From NCBI GenBank assembly GCA_043228905.1, contig JBHGNT010000017.1, positions 11,718,001 to 11,782,000 on the forward strand: a stretch of DNA of 64,000 nt. The letters are read 5' to 3'. Numbering within the stretch: position 1 is the first letter of the stretch; each line of letters begins with the position of its first letter. The notes beneath the pieces are model-generated. The model searched no databases and had not been told where the DNA came from. It saw nothing but the letters and a program-made list of their open reading frames with translations. Position numbers and translations under genes: made by a program. The stretch comes from Azolla caroliniana. Its lineage: Eukaryota; Plantae; Polypodiophyta. Below, piece after piece: positions 24,280 through 35,911 of this stretch.

Positions 24280-26168
24280 TGAAAAGAATGGCGTGCGGAA
24301 GCAATATAAGAAACCGAACAACAGAAAACGCAGGTTTAATGGAAAGCGTAGGTTTGCACAATACGCATGGGAGAGACAGAGAGAGAGAGAGTAAAAACAA
24401 GAACTATATTCAAAATAATACTCAATATGTACATCGTGTGTGTTCAATGAACACTTTTATACAAGTCCTTTTCGGACTGATAGAAGTACTAACGGTACTT
24501 CAATGCTAATTAAGGAGCCCCTACACTAACTCCCAAATATATTCCTTGTGGAATATCTTTCCGAAAGCCTCCTAGTTTTTGCACCGATCTGGCCTTCCTA
24601 CGCACCGGTCTGCGTACCGGTATCGATCCGGCCTAACCAATCGGTCCCAACCAATCCGGTCCTCAGCTTGCTCAGCCGATCCGGCCGATGTTGAGCTTGT
24701 CTCTCAACACTCCCCCTCAAGCTCAACTTGAGGCTCTTCCGGATCTTCTGGATCACCGCCTCGGTTCCTCCTGGCTCCACGCCTCGCTCGCGCTCCTCAT
24801 CCTGTTCGCCTCCGCGCACTTCGACCCTTCCGGTCAGCTTGTCTGCTCCCACGGCCCTTCACAGCTCCCTTGTTGTCGCAGTGTTGGCGCGTCTCCTCCT
24901 GCCTTCTTTTCCGCTTGGCCCTCGGTTGATTTAGTGTGTCCGAATCAAACATCCGAACCGACTCGGCTACCTCCGATCGGTTTTCGCTCTCGTCCGAGTT
25001 GGTTGTCTCCAACTCGTCTTCGGTCTTCTTGACCTTGATGGCGTCATCTCCCCCTTGCTTGTTTGGCTTCGGCTCTTTCTTTCGATTGCTCCCCTTATGT
25101 CTGCTTTTGGACTCTTCCGCGGATTCGCCCTTGACTTCTTCAGCCGATCCGAAGTCAAATTCATCATCTGACTCGGTGTCGTGGCCTCTTCCTGCTCCCT
25201 TGCTTGGTCTTTTGAGACTGGTCTCCCCCTCAAGTTTGGTACGTCGAGGTGACGCAACCCAAGCGCACCCGAGAATTGCCGCAACTTGTCCAGACCAAGG
25301 GGCTTGGTGAAGATGTTAGCAGTCTGCCGATCCGTCGGAACATACTGAAGTTTGACTTCACCAAAAAGGACACGCTCACGTCGAGATGACGCAACCCAAG
25401 CGCACCCAAGAATTTCCGCAACTTGTCCAGACCAAGGGGCTTGGTGAAGATGTTGGCAGTCTACTGATCTGTCGGAACATACTGAAGTTTGACTTCACCA
25501 GAAAGGACACGCTCACGGACAAAATGGTAGTGCACCTCAATGTGCTTGGTCCGTGCGTGGAAAACGGGGTTCTTCGCGAGCTGGATGTTGTTGAGGTTGT
25601 CGCAGTAGATCGTCGTCGGATTGGACACCTCCTCTTGTAGGTCCTTAAGTAGCCGCTTCAACCATATGGCTTCGCATGTCGCGACAGCCGCTTCTCGGTA
25701 CTCAGCTTCGGTGCTCGACAGTGCAACTGTCGGCTGCTTCTTACTGCTCCATGCTATCACGGCAGTCCCAAGAGAGAATGCGTATCCGGACGTGGATCGG
25801 CGATCGGCGGTGTTGCTAGCCCAATTAGCATCGGTGTAGTCGACCAACTATGAGGTTGTACAGGTCCGATATAGCAGTCCCCTGTCCTTAGTGCCGCTTA
25901 CGTACCGCAGTACGCATTGTGCACATTGAAGGTGCTCCTTGGTAGGTCGCGGCATGAACTGACTGATCACCCCGACCGGATAACTGAGATTGGGTCGGGT
26001 GATTGTCAAGTAGATAAGGCTTCCGACAATTTGTAGGAACCTCGACGGGTCGCATACCTTTCCGGAGTCTGCGTACCGGTACCGATCCGGCCTAACCGAT
26101 TGGTCCCAACTAATCCGGTCCTCGACTTGCTCAGCCGATCCGGCCGATGTTGAGCTTGTTTCTCAACA
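24280..26168 (-). mobile_element. Internally deleted copia D1 inside RT of C
   Basis: TSD CCAAT (24275-24279 / 26169-26173); 3' LTR 24280-24709; PPT; RNase H (YTDANWA, SSTEAEY, HARTKHIE); only 100 bp of 5' LTR (26069-26168). Confidence 0.92.
25241..25517. repeat. 137-bp tandem duplication at the end of D1 RNase H
   Basis: 25241-25377 repeated at 25378-25514 with ACG junction microhomology. Confidence 0.9.
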
Positions 26169-26766
26169 CCAATATAACAGTAATCCAGGGAGAGATCACT
26201 GGGCAACGGTGAAGTGGATACTTAGGTACTTGAAAGGCACCTCGGAGGTGTGCCTAAGGTATGGTGTCGAAAAACCTGTGCTGGAAGGTCTTACCAACTC
26301 GGACATGTCGAGAGATGTCGACTCGAGCCGATGCACGTCAGGGTATGTGATGACCTATGCAGGGCAAGCAGTGTTGTGGCAGTCACGACTGCAGAAGTCT
26401 ATAGCTTTGTCAACTACAGAGTCTGAGTACATGGTAGCGGTAGAGGTGTCAAAGAGCTAATCTGGATGAGAAATTTTCTCATCGAATTGGGGATGAAGCA
26501 AAATGATTTCTTGCTTCATTGTGACAGCTAGAGTGCCATACATCTTGCCAAGAATGTTGCATACCACTCTTGGACCAAGGACATACAGAGAAGGTATCAC
26601 TGGTTGAGAGAGACAGTCGAAGAAGGAGAGTTTTCTCTGGTAAAGATCCATAGTGACGACAATGGATCGGACATACTGATGAAGAACCTACCTATGGATA
26701 GACTCAGAGTCTGTCGACAAAAGACAAGACTAATTGACTTCCTCCCACAGGAGTGAAGGGGGAGTT

Positions 26767-27308
26767 TGTTGGGAATATGTCCCTCCAATGGGAGGAGAAT
26801 CCAATTGTTCAGAAAGCCGACAGTCGAAGAGGCGAAAAATAGCGAGTCGACTGTTTGTTTAATAGTTCGACTATTATTATTGTAATAATAGTAATAATGA
26901 TATGTAGTAGAGGCTACATTGGTAAATAGCCCATATAGTGTATAAATATAAATACACTTAGGGCAAAAACGCTAGTGTGTGCAAAGGCATTATTGTGCGT
27001 GAGAGGTGTGCAGAACATATAATATTGAGCGCTAAGCGAGGTAGCGCGAGGTGAGAGTAGAGGGACAGAGAGAGCGCGGTACCTTAGTTGTGTGCGTAAC
27101 AGCAAAAGCTAAGTGCCCTGCGTGGCTAATACACTCGAAAGAGTGTTGTAACATATCCTTTGTTGTATATCCATTGTATAGTGAAGTTTTGTTCTTCGTG
27201 GTTTTCTCCCGTTTTAGGGTTTCCACGTTAAAATATTGTGCATTGTTTCTTGTGAAGTGTGTTGTGTATTCCAGCATAATCGTGGGTTTTGTGAATCGAT
27301 TCTCATCA
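26767..27308 (+). repeat. 3' LTR of copia C
   Basis: Preceded by PPT, followed by TSD AAATG. Confidence 0.95.
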
Positions 27309-28844
27309 AAATGAGGGTAGCTAGGCCTCACATTTATAGTGATACCCAAGGCCCCCAAGCAAGTTCACACTTGGCCTAATGGGTTGTCTCAATCCCGAGG
27401 ATTAAAAGTAATCCTCCCCTTCTTTACACTCTCAATTAACCCTCACACTTATCCACGTGTATAGAATACTATGGTAAATTCTCACCACAGGATATTATAT
27501 GGTCATGCCCGTAACATTTCACGTGACCCCCAACATAGAATGGTTCTAAAACTATTCCGCTGACACCAGCGGCACAATCCTACTGGGAAACGGGCAGGAG
27601 TGCAAGATAGCCAGAACTGGAGAGGTTCTCATTAGATTGCCAAATGGCAACACAATAACCCTACACCAAGTTCGGCACTACCTGATTTGAAAAGGAGTCT
27701 AGTCTCCATCGGCATGCTAGCCAAGGAGGGGTACAAAACAACTCTACATTAGTCGACATGGGTGATTAGCCGAGGAAACCTCAAAATCGGGAGTGGGCAC
27801 AAGTACAACAACCCATTGATGGCGATCAACCCTAAAGGGGTAGTGAATGTAGCCGAAAATACCAACCCAATCCTATGGCATGGCTGACTTGGCCATATGT
27901 CTCAAGCTGAACTTCATCGGCTGATGTCGGTCGGCTACATCCCGAAACTTCAAGCAAAGACAAACTTTTGTGAGCATTGTCGATATGGGAAATAAACCCG
28001 AAGTCCGCACACTCTTCATTAAGAGACGGTATGACAGCCCTTAGAGCTCATGCACACAGACATATGTGGGCCATGCTAGAGCGATCACTAGGAGGCTCCC
28101 AGTACATCATCACATTCGTAGATGACTATACACGGAAAGTTTGGGGATACTCCATCAAGTCCAAAGACAAAGCGCTTGAGGTCTTCACTTGATGGACATC
28201 TGAAGTGGAGAACCGATCAGGATACAGAGTGAAGACACTTCGATTTGACAATGGAGGTGAGCACACTTCCAAAGCGTTCAAACAGTACTTGTCCAACAAA
28301 GGGATATGACATCAAAAGACTGTTCCTTACACACCCATGCAAAATGGGGTGGTTGAACGGATCAACTGAATGATCTAGGAGAGGGTGATGGCAATGCTCC
28401 AACAAGCCGGAGTGAAGCTAGAATTCTAGGCCAAGGCATGTTGGCATCAAAGGCCAACTCCTTCCTAATTGTATCAGTCCTAGTGTGAACTCGATAATAA
28501 GCTAGGGCTTAGTATATAAGCGAATACCTAACATTGTAATAGAGAGAGAGTGAGTGACGAGAAACATACCATAACCTTTGAGTGAGAGAACGCGCGTTGT
28601 GCAGAGAATAAGAAGCTTTCCATTAAAGTTGTATCTGTGTAGGTCTTTATTTGTTTTTCGTATCTTTTGTGCATACGTTGTTTGATGTACACAGTCGTAA
28701 GATCCGAACAAACACTTCCGCATAAACGCCATAGCTACATCAAGTGGTATTAGAGCTGATCTTGCTATGCCGCAGCAACATAAAACAAGAAGAAGAAGCT
28801 AAAAGAAAAGACCAGGTTAGAAATCTGAAACACATAGAAAGAAT

Positions 28845-29987
28845 ATGTCTTCAACATCTGGGATAGGAGTTGAACTCAGAAAATTCGATGGCAAAAATTT
28901 TGCCGTGTCGAAAGAGATGATGCAGGATGTGTTGATCATCCGAAGACAAGTCAAGCCCATCCGACACAATGAAAAGCCTCAATCGTTGAAAGCAAAAGAG
29001 TGGAGGTCGTTAGACAAGATAACAAGATCCACCATTCGAATGCATCTGGCTGAAAACGTCTATTTCAACATGGCAAAAGAGACGACAATGTTCTCACTAT
29101 GGGAGAAGATACAGGCCATCTATGAGAAAAAGTCCTCATCTTCAAAACTGATATTGATCAAAAAATTGTTCAACATGAAGATGAAAGAGACCAATCGCGT
29201 GACCTCCCACATCAACACCTTCAACCGGGTGTTGTCAGAGCTCTCGTCCCAAGGTATTAACTTCAAAGAAGAAGTGAAAACCCTTGCCCTCCTATCGAGC
29301 TTGCCAATGAGTTGGGAGGTATTCTGTACGACATACGCCAATAGCCGACCGATCCTAAACTTGGATGAAACAACCAGCCAAGTCCTCATAGAGGACATCA
29401 GGCAAAAATCGATGGGATTGGCCATCGATGAGTCGGCAGAAGCCCACCACTCGATTGAGTCATTTGACCGACAGAGTCGATCGAAAGAACAAACCGACAG
29501 AACCGGTTGACGATATAGTCGATCGAGAACGACAGGGGACCAAGAGCGGTTGAAGTCGAAAATGGGCTGAACAAACGAGTACTGCACACACTGCAGGAAA
29601 GCTGGCCACAATGTTTCTGAGCGGTCGGCGATCCGAGCGGAATAGGGGACGTTCCTACTTGGACCACTCTCCTGTCGGAAACCCCCAAGAATGAGTGGTT
29701 TTCGACTAGAAAATGGGCAGGAGTGCAACATTGCAGAAACTAGAGAAGTTCCCATCAGATTGCCAAATGGCAACACAATGATCCTGCACCAAGTTCGGCA
29801 TGTACCAGATCTGAAGAGGAGTCTGGTCTCCATCAGCATGTTAGCCGAGGACTGTGTCGTGTTGTTACGTGCGTGCGTGGAGAAAGGCAGGACCACGGGG
29901 GTCATGGACTAAAGAGTGATGGAGCGTAGGAAGTCGTGCCTCACTGTTTCTGGGGCATCCCAGAGACACACCGGAAGCAACCGAAGG

Positions 29988-30019
<32 letters not shown>

Positions 30020-33000
30020 GAGCGTGCTTAACACCGACTCACGTACACGCACACGCACACACGCACAACCCGACTCACGCCTTATGTACAAAAAACGCAG
30101 GAAAGGGTAAGCACCCGATGCCAACAACGACGCGAATATACACAGACAAACGTATATATATATATATATATGAAGGGAAGAATACATTCCCGGCGTCGAG
30201 CCAGACTGACGTAGGTTACAGTAGTCGTCTGCTATCAAGCCGCTGTCGGGGAGCTCTCAGCTCGTCGCGCCGAGCGGGGTCTTGCACAGGAGGCCGAACC
30301 AAGCAAACCCTAAGCGAAACATGCAGAAGGAGAAGAAGAAGAACCTAACTCTAAACCTAATGGTATACCCTCTAATGCAAAATGGGCAACCCTTACACAA
30401 AGGGCGTTCCCTTCCTTTTATAGAACAAGGAAAGAGATGCGTTACAATGTGGGACAAATCCCGACTTAAATGGAATCGTCTGTCCCGACTTGACTACTCT
30501 TCGGCGCCATAAAGGTGCCCTCGATATTCACACTAAATGTACACGGGTGCGTACACACGCTGCACCCCACCGATGTAGCCAATGTTCTCCGGTTTCCGCC
30601 TCTTGCCGAAATTCTTCACGACAACGGGTACAAGACGTCTCTACACGAGTCGACATGGGTGATCAGCCAAGGAAATCTAAAAATTGGGAGTGGGTAGAAG
30701 TACAACAATCTATAGCCATTGATGGCGATCAACCCTAAAGGGGCCGTGAACGTAGCCGGAAAGACCGAACCCGAACTTATGGCATGGCCGACTCGGCCAT
30801 ATGTCTCAAGCCGGACTTGATCGGTTGATGTCAGTCGGCTACATCCCAAAACTCCAAGCGAAGACGGACTTTTGCGAGCATTATTGATATGGGAAACAGA
30901 CCCAAAGTCCGCATTCTCTCCATTACGAGACGATACGACAGCCCCTAGAGCTCGTACACACAGATATATGTGGGCCCATGCCAGAGCGATCACTAGAAGG
31001 CTCCCGGTACTTCATCAAATTCGTAGATGATTGTACACAAAAGATTTGGGCATACTCCATCATGTCCAAAGATGAAGCGCTCGAGGTCTTCATTCGGCGG
31101 ATAGCTGAAGTGGAGAACCGGTCAGGATACAGAGTAAAGACATTGCGATCCGACAACGAAGGTGAATACACCTCCAGAGCCTTTAAACAGTGCTTGTCTA
31201 GCAAAGGGATTAGGCATCAAAAGACTGTTCCCTACACACCCATGCAGAATGGGGTAGTTGAATGGATGAACCAAACTATCCAGGAGAGAATGAAGATGGA
31301 ATTCTGGGTCGAGGCATTGTAGACGGCAGTGTACCTGATAAATTTGGCGTCGTCCATAGCAATCAGGCTCGAAGTGCTACAAGCACTATGGTGAGGCAAA
31401 TAACTGACCTACGATAGGCTCCATATATTCGGATGCGAAGCCTACGCATTATCCCCAGGGAGAAAAGGACGAAGCCTACGCACCCCATGCAACAAAATGC
31501 ATATTTCTCATGAGCATCGATGTGGTCTTCAATGAAGAATCTATCTTCTCTCAGAGGAACTAGCAAGAAACAATGGGTAAAAAGGTATCTTTCGAAGAAG
31601 ATCACACAGTTGTAGAAGGACCGGCCCACCGGGCTGAAACAGAGAGTCAACAGACAGTTGAACTTGAACTAGCTGACGATGGCCCAAGTAACACCGAATT
31701 GGCAACAAGTTCCAACGTCAAACTCAAAGACAAAATCATCAAAGACACAACCGAATCGACAGGGATCGATAAAGGTAGAGTCAGCAAGAGACAAGTCCGA
31801 AAAGAGTTGATAACAATTACACAGGAGAACAACCAGGCACCGCCGAAATCTCAAACTAAGGGTGGAACATCTAACAAGACTCCTGACACAGATGGTTCAT
31901 CAAATGCCAATCTTCAAACAACACCGATCAATGGATCTAAACCAAACAATTCAGCACCCAGGAGATCGGGACGAGCTTGAAGGCAAACAAAGTTTTATCA
32001 ACCGGGCCTCGACTACGTTAACTACACGGATGCATGCGAACCAAGCATGTATGAAGAAGCTATGGCCGCACGGACGCCGAAACATGGCTACAAGCCATGA
32101 GATCTAAAATGGAGCTGGTCGAACTACCAGCAAGAAGAAAGTTGCTACCTTGCAAGTGGGTATTCCGATACAAGTATGTATCTGACTCAGAGAAACCCAA
32201 ATACAAAGCTCGATCTGGAAGAAGACATATACATGTCTCAACCGGCAGGCTTCACGGCGACGGGGGACGACAGTCACCTCTTCTGCAGACTAAAGAAAAG
32301 TCTATATGGCCTCAAACAAGTGCCCAGGATGTGGTACCAGAAGTTTGACTCCTACATAAGACAACCTGGATACAACATATCAAATTCTGACCCATGCATG
32401 TATGTCCGGCAACTGGATGACAAATCCAGGATTTATCTGATCCTATACGTCGACAACATGCTGCTTGCAAGGAGCAATCAAGTAGAGATCAGTAAGCTCG
32501 AGCGTAGCCTTCACGCAAAATTCGCGATGAAGGAATTGGGACAAGCCCAACACATACTGGGCATGAGGATAGAGAGATATCAGATGACTAGAACTCTTCG
32601 ACTCTCTCAATCCAACTATATCCGCAAAGTGCTAAAGTGCTTCAACATGGAAAATGTGAAGCCAACACTAACACCATTTCCGGCATTGATCAGACTATCG
32701 GATAGAGACTCTCTTGCAACAGACAAGGATAGAGAGCTTAATGGAAAGATACCCTACGCATCAGCAGAAGGAAGTATCATGTACGCAATGGTGGCGACCC
32801 GTCCTGACCTAGCCTATGCCGTAGGGGTGGGTCAGCCGGTACATGTCAAAATCAGAAAAGAAGCATTGGGAGGCCATCAAGCACATCCTTAGGTATCTGA
32901 AAGGAACCTCGGATGCACAATTGACTTTCGGATCGACAACCTCAACCGAAGTTGAAGGCTACACCGATTCTGACTACGTTGGTAATACAGACAATCGGAA

Positions 33001-33469
33001 TTTGACATCAAGCTATATCTTCACCTATGGTGGCGGTGCGATATCATGGAGTTCAAAACTTCAAGAGTGCACGACTCTGTCTACCACAGAAGCCGAGTAC
33101 ATAGCAGCATCAGAAGCAGCGAAGGAAGCGATCTGGCTACACCAACTATCTGTAGATTTCGAAACCAAAAGCCAAATTGACCAACCAGCGCTGACCATCC
33201 ACTGCGACTCACAGAGTGCAATACACCTCATCTACAATCCCGTCTATCATGCGAAGACGAAGCACATTGAAGTGCGGTATCATCATATCCAAGAGCTCGT
33301 GACAGAGAAGAAACTCAAAGTCCGAAAGATCGACACCGAGGTGAACATCGCCGATTGCTTGACGAAGCCACTCCCAGATCAACGCTTCGGAGTACTAAGG
33401 ACAAAGATGGGACTACGACAAGCAACCAAGCAGAAGAAAACCGAGCAAGGAGTAGAAGGTAAGAGTTGA
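28845..33469 (+). pseudogene. pol: Copia E gag-pol (disrupted, internal deletions)
   Basis: KFDGKNF gag, FVDD..RSDNEGEY integrase, SLYGLKQ/YVDNM RT, YTDSDY..TEAEY..KHIEVRYH RNase H. Confidence 0.9.
29855..30623. mobile_element. Solo LTR (769 bp) inside E
   Basis: Terminal inverted repeat TGTCGTG/CACGACA; flanks ACTG/ACGG; host reads MLAED|GYKT. Confidence 0.78.
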
Positions 33470-33909
33470 TCAATAATCATTGTATACCTCTACCAATTCG
33501 GCTATACGCCAACAGACTTGTAAATGTAAAATCTAGTTAAATCTGTAGTCTAGGTTTACGGGGGAGACAACCCCAAAAACATTTGTATATGTTGAAAAGA
33601 GTAGTCCTTTTACGGGGGAGTTTGTTGGCATGAAAGGCCGACTCCTTCCTAATTGTTGGCATGATAATAAGTTAGGGCTTAGTATGTAAGAGAATACCAA
33701 ACATTGTAACAGAGAGAGAGTGAGTGACGAGAAACATACTGTAACCTCTGAGCTAGAGAACACGCATTGTGCAGAGAATAAGAAGCTTTCCATTAAAGTT
33801 GTATCTGTGTAAGTCTTTATTTATTTTTCTTATCTTCTATGCATACGTTGTTTGTACATAGCCGTAAGATCCAAACAAACACTTCCACATAAATTCCATG
33901 GCCACATCA

Positions 33910-35880
33910 AGGCCTTGGAGATGGCAATATACCTGATAAATATGGTGCCGTCAAGAGCAATCAAGCTTGAAGTGCCACAGGCACCATGGTTAGGCAAACA
34001 ACCGACCTACAATAGGCTCTGTATATTCCGATGCGAAGCCTATGCGTTCATCCCTAGGGACAAAAGGACGAAGTTAGTGCCCCATGCAATGAAGTGCATA
34101 TTTTTTGGTTATGGAACTGATGGGGACTTCGGCTACTAGCCATGAGACCCTAAGAACTAGAAACTCATCTGGAGCAGTGATGTAGTCTTCAATAAAGACT
34201 CTATCTTCTTTCAAAGGAACCAGGAAAAATTAGTGGGTATGAAGGTCTCCTTCGAAGATGAGAGCACTATCGTAGAAGAACGGACCCACCGGGTAGAGTC
34301 TGACATTTGACAAACAATCGAACTCCAACAAGCTGACAACTTCTCTGTCGAGCCCGAATTGTCAACAAGTCCCATCGTCGAACTCAAAGACACAACTGAA
34401 TCGACAATTATAGTCGCCAAAGGCAGAGTAAACAAGATGCATGTCAGAACTAAGTCGATGATGTCCATTGGGGAGGACAACGTGAGACCGCCGAAATCCC
34501 ACCATGGGGGTGAGTCATCCAACAAAAAGACTCCTGACACAAGTGGTTCAACAAATACTGATCGACCAACAGAGCTGATCGAAGAATCTGAACCAAACAA
34601 CTCGGCACTCAAGAGATATGGACGAGCTCGAAGGCAAACAGAGTTCTACCAACTGGGCTTCGACTACATCAACTACACCAATGAAGGCAAACGAAGCACA
34701 TATGAAGAATCTATGGCCGCACCAGACGCCAATACATAGCCACAAGCCATGAAATCCGAAATGGACTCAATTTGCAAGAATCAGATGTGGGAGCTAGTTG
34801 AAATACCAGCCGGACGAAAGCCGTTGCCTTGCAAATGGGTTTTCCGATACAAATATGTATTTCACTTCGAAAAACCCAAGTACAAAGCTCGTCATGTCAC
34901 GAAGGATTCATGATGGACGTCAAGATGGCATTCCTCCATGAAGATCTGGAAGAAGACATTTACATGTGTCAACCGACAAGCTTCACGGCGACAGGGGAGG
35001 AAAGCCACCTCATATGTCGATTGAAGAAAGGTCTATATGGCTTGAAACAAGTGTCAAGGATGTGCTACCTGAAGTTTGACTCCTATATCAGGCAGCTTGG
35101 ATACCCCCAATCAAACTCTGACCCATGTATGTATGTTTGGCAATTGGCCGACAAGTCCAGAATCTATCTGATCCTATATGTTAACGACATGTTGATTGCG
35201 GGAAGCAATCAAGTAGAGATAAGAAAACTGAAGCAGAGTCTTCATGAAAACTTCGCGATGAAAGAACTCAGACAAGCCCGACACAAACTGGGCATGAGGA
35301 TAGAGTGAAATTGGATGACCAGGACTCTCCGACTCCCCCAGTTCAACTACATCTGCAAGGTATTGAAGCGCTTCAAAATGGAGGATGCGAAGCCACCAAC
35401 ACTGCTTCTGACGTCAATCAGACTATTAGATAGAGACTCTCCTGCAATGGACAAGGAGAGAGAGCTTAATGGAAAGATACCCTACACATCAGTAGTAGGA
35501 AGTATCATGTATGCAATGGTGGTGACCCGAGCTCACCTAGCCTATGTCGTAGATGTGGTCAGCCAGTACATGTCAAACCCAGGATGGAAGCATTGGGAGG
35601 CCCTCAAGCACGTCCTTAGGTATTTGAAAGGAACCACTTATGCACAACTGACTTTCGGCTTGACAACATCAATGGAAGTCGAAGGCTACACCGATTCCGA
35701 CTATGCTGGAAATACAGATAATCGGAAATTGATATCAAGCTACATCTTGACCTACAGTGGTGGTGCGATATCATGGACGTTGAAACTTCAAGAGTGCATG
35801 GCTCTGGCTACCACTGACGCCGAGTACATAGCAGCATCGAAAGCAGCGAAGGAAGCAATCTAGCTGCATCGACTAACTGC
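33910..35880 (+). pseudogene. pol: Copia B integrase C-terminus, RT and RNase H (disrupted)
   Basis: AIYLINM, GLYGLKQ, LYVNDM, YTDSDYAG, DAEY. Confidence 0.88.
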
Positions 35881-35911
35881 CCACTTCTCAACTATAAGCC
35901 CCCGACTCAGT

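Larger units (their letters stand above)
20206..27308 (+). mobile_element. Full-length (decayed) Ty1/copia element C
   Basis: LTRs 20206-20747 and 26767-27308 (542 bp each); TSD AAATG; PBS TGGTATCAGAGC 20751-20762; PPT GGAGTGAAGGGGGAG; gag-PR-INT-RT-RH order. Confidence 0.96.
19957..27516. mobile_element. Solo LTR (~450 bp; 19957-20205 + 27314-27516) split by copia C
   Basis: TGTTA...TAACA ends; TSD TTTCA (19952-19956 / 27517-27521); host reads DSGATFH|VTPNIEWF. Confidence 0.85.
28439..33909 (+). mobile_element. Copia element E (same family as B) inserted in integrase of B
   Basis: LTRs 28439-28742 and 33623-33909; PBS 28745-28756; PPT GGGGGAG; TSD AGGCA/AGGCC; gag 28845-29510, RT/RH 32097-33469. 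Confidence 0.93.
17766..35886 (+). mobile_element. Ty1/copia element B, base of the nest; 3' end lost
   Basis: 5' LTR 17766-18046, PBS TGGTATTAGAGC 18049-18060; gag-pol reconstitutes across ~18100-18471, 19333-19956, 27517-28438 and 33910-35880. Confidence 0.88.
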
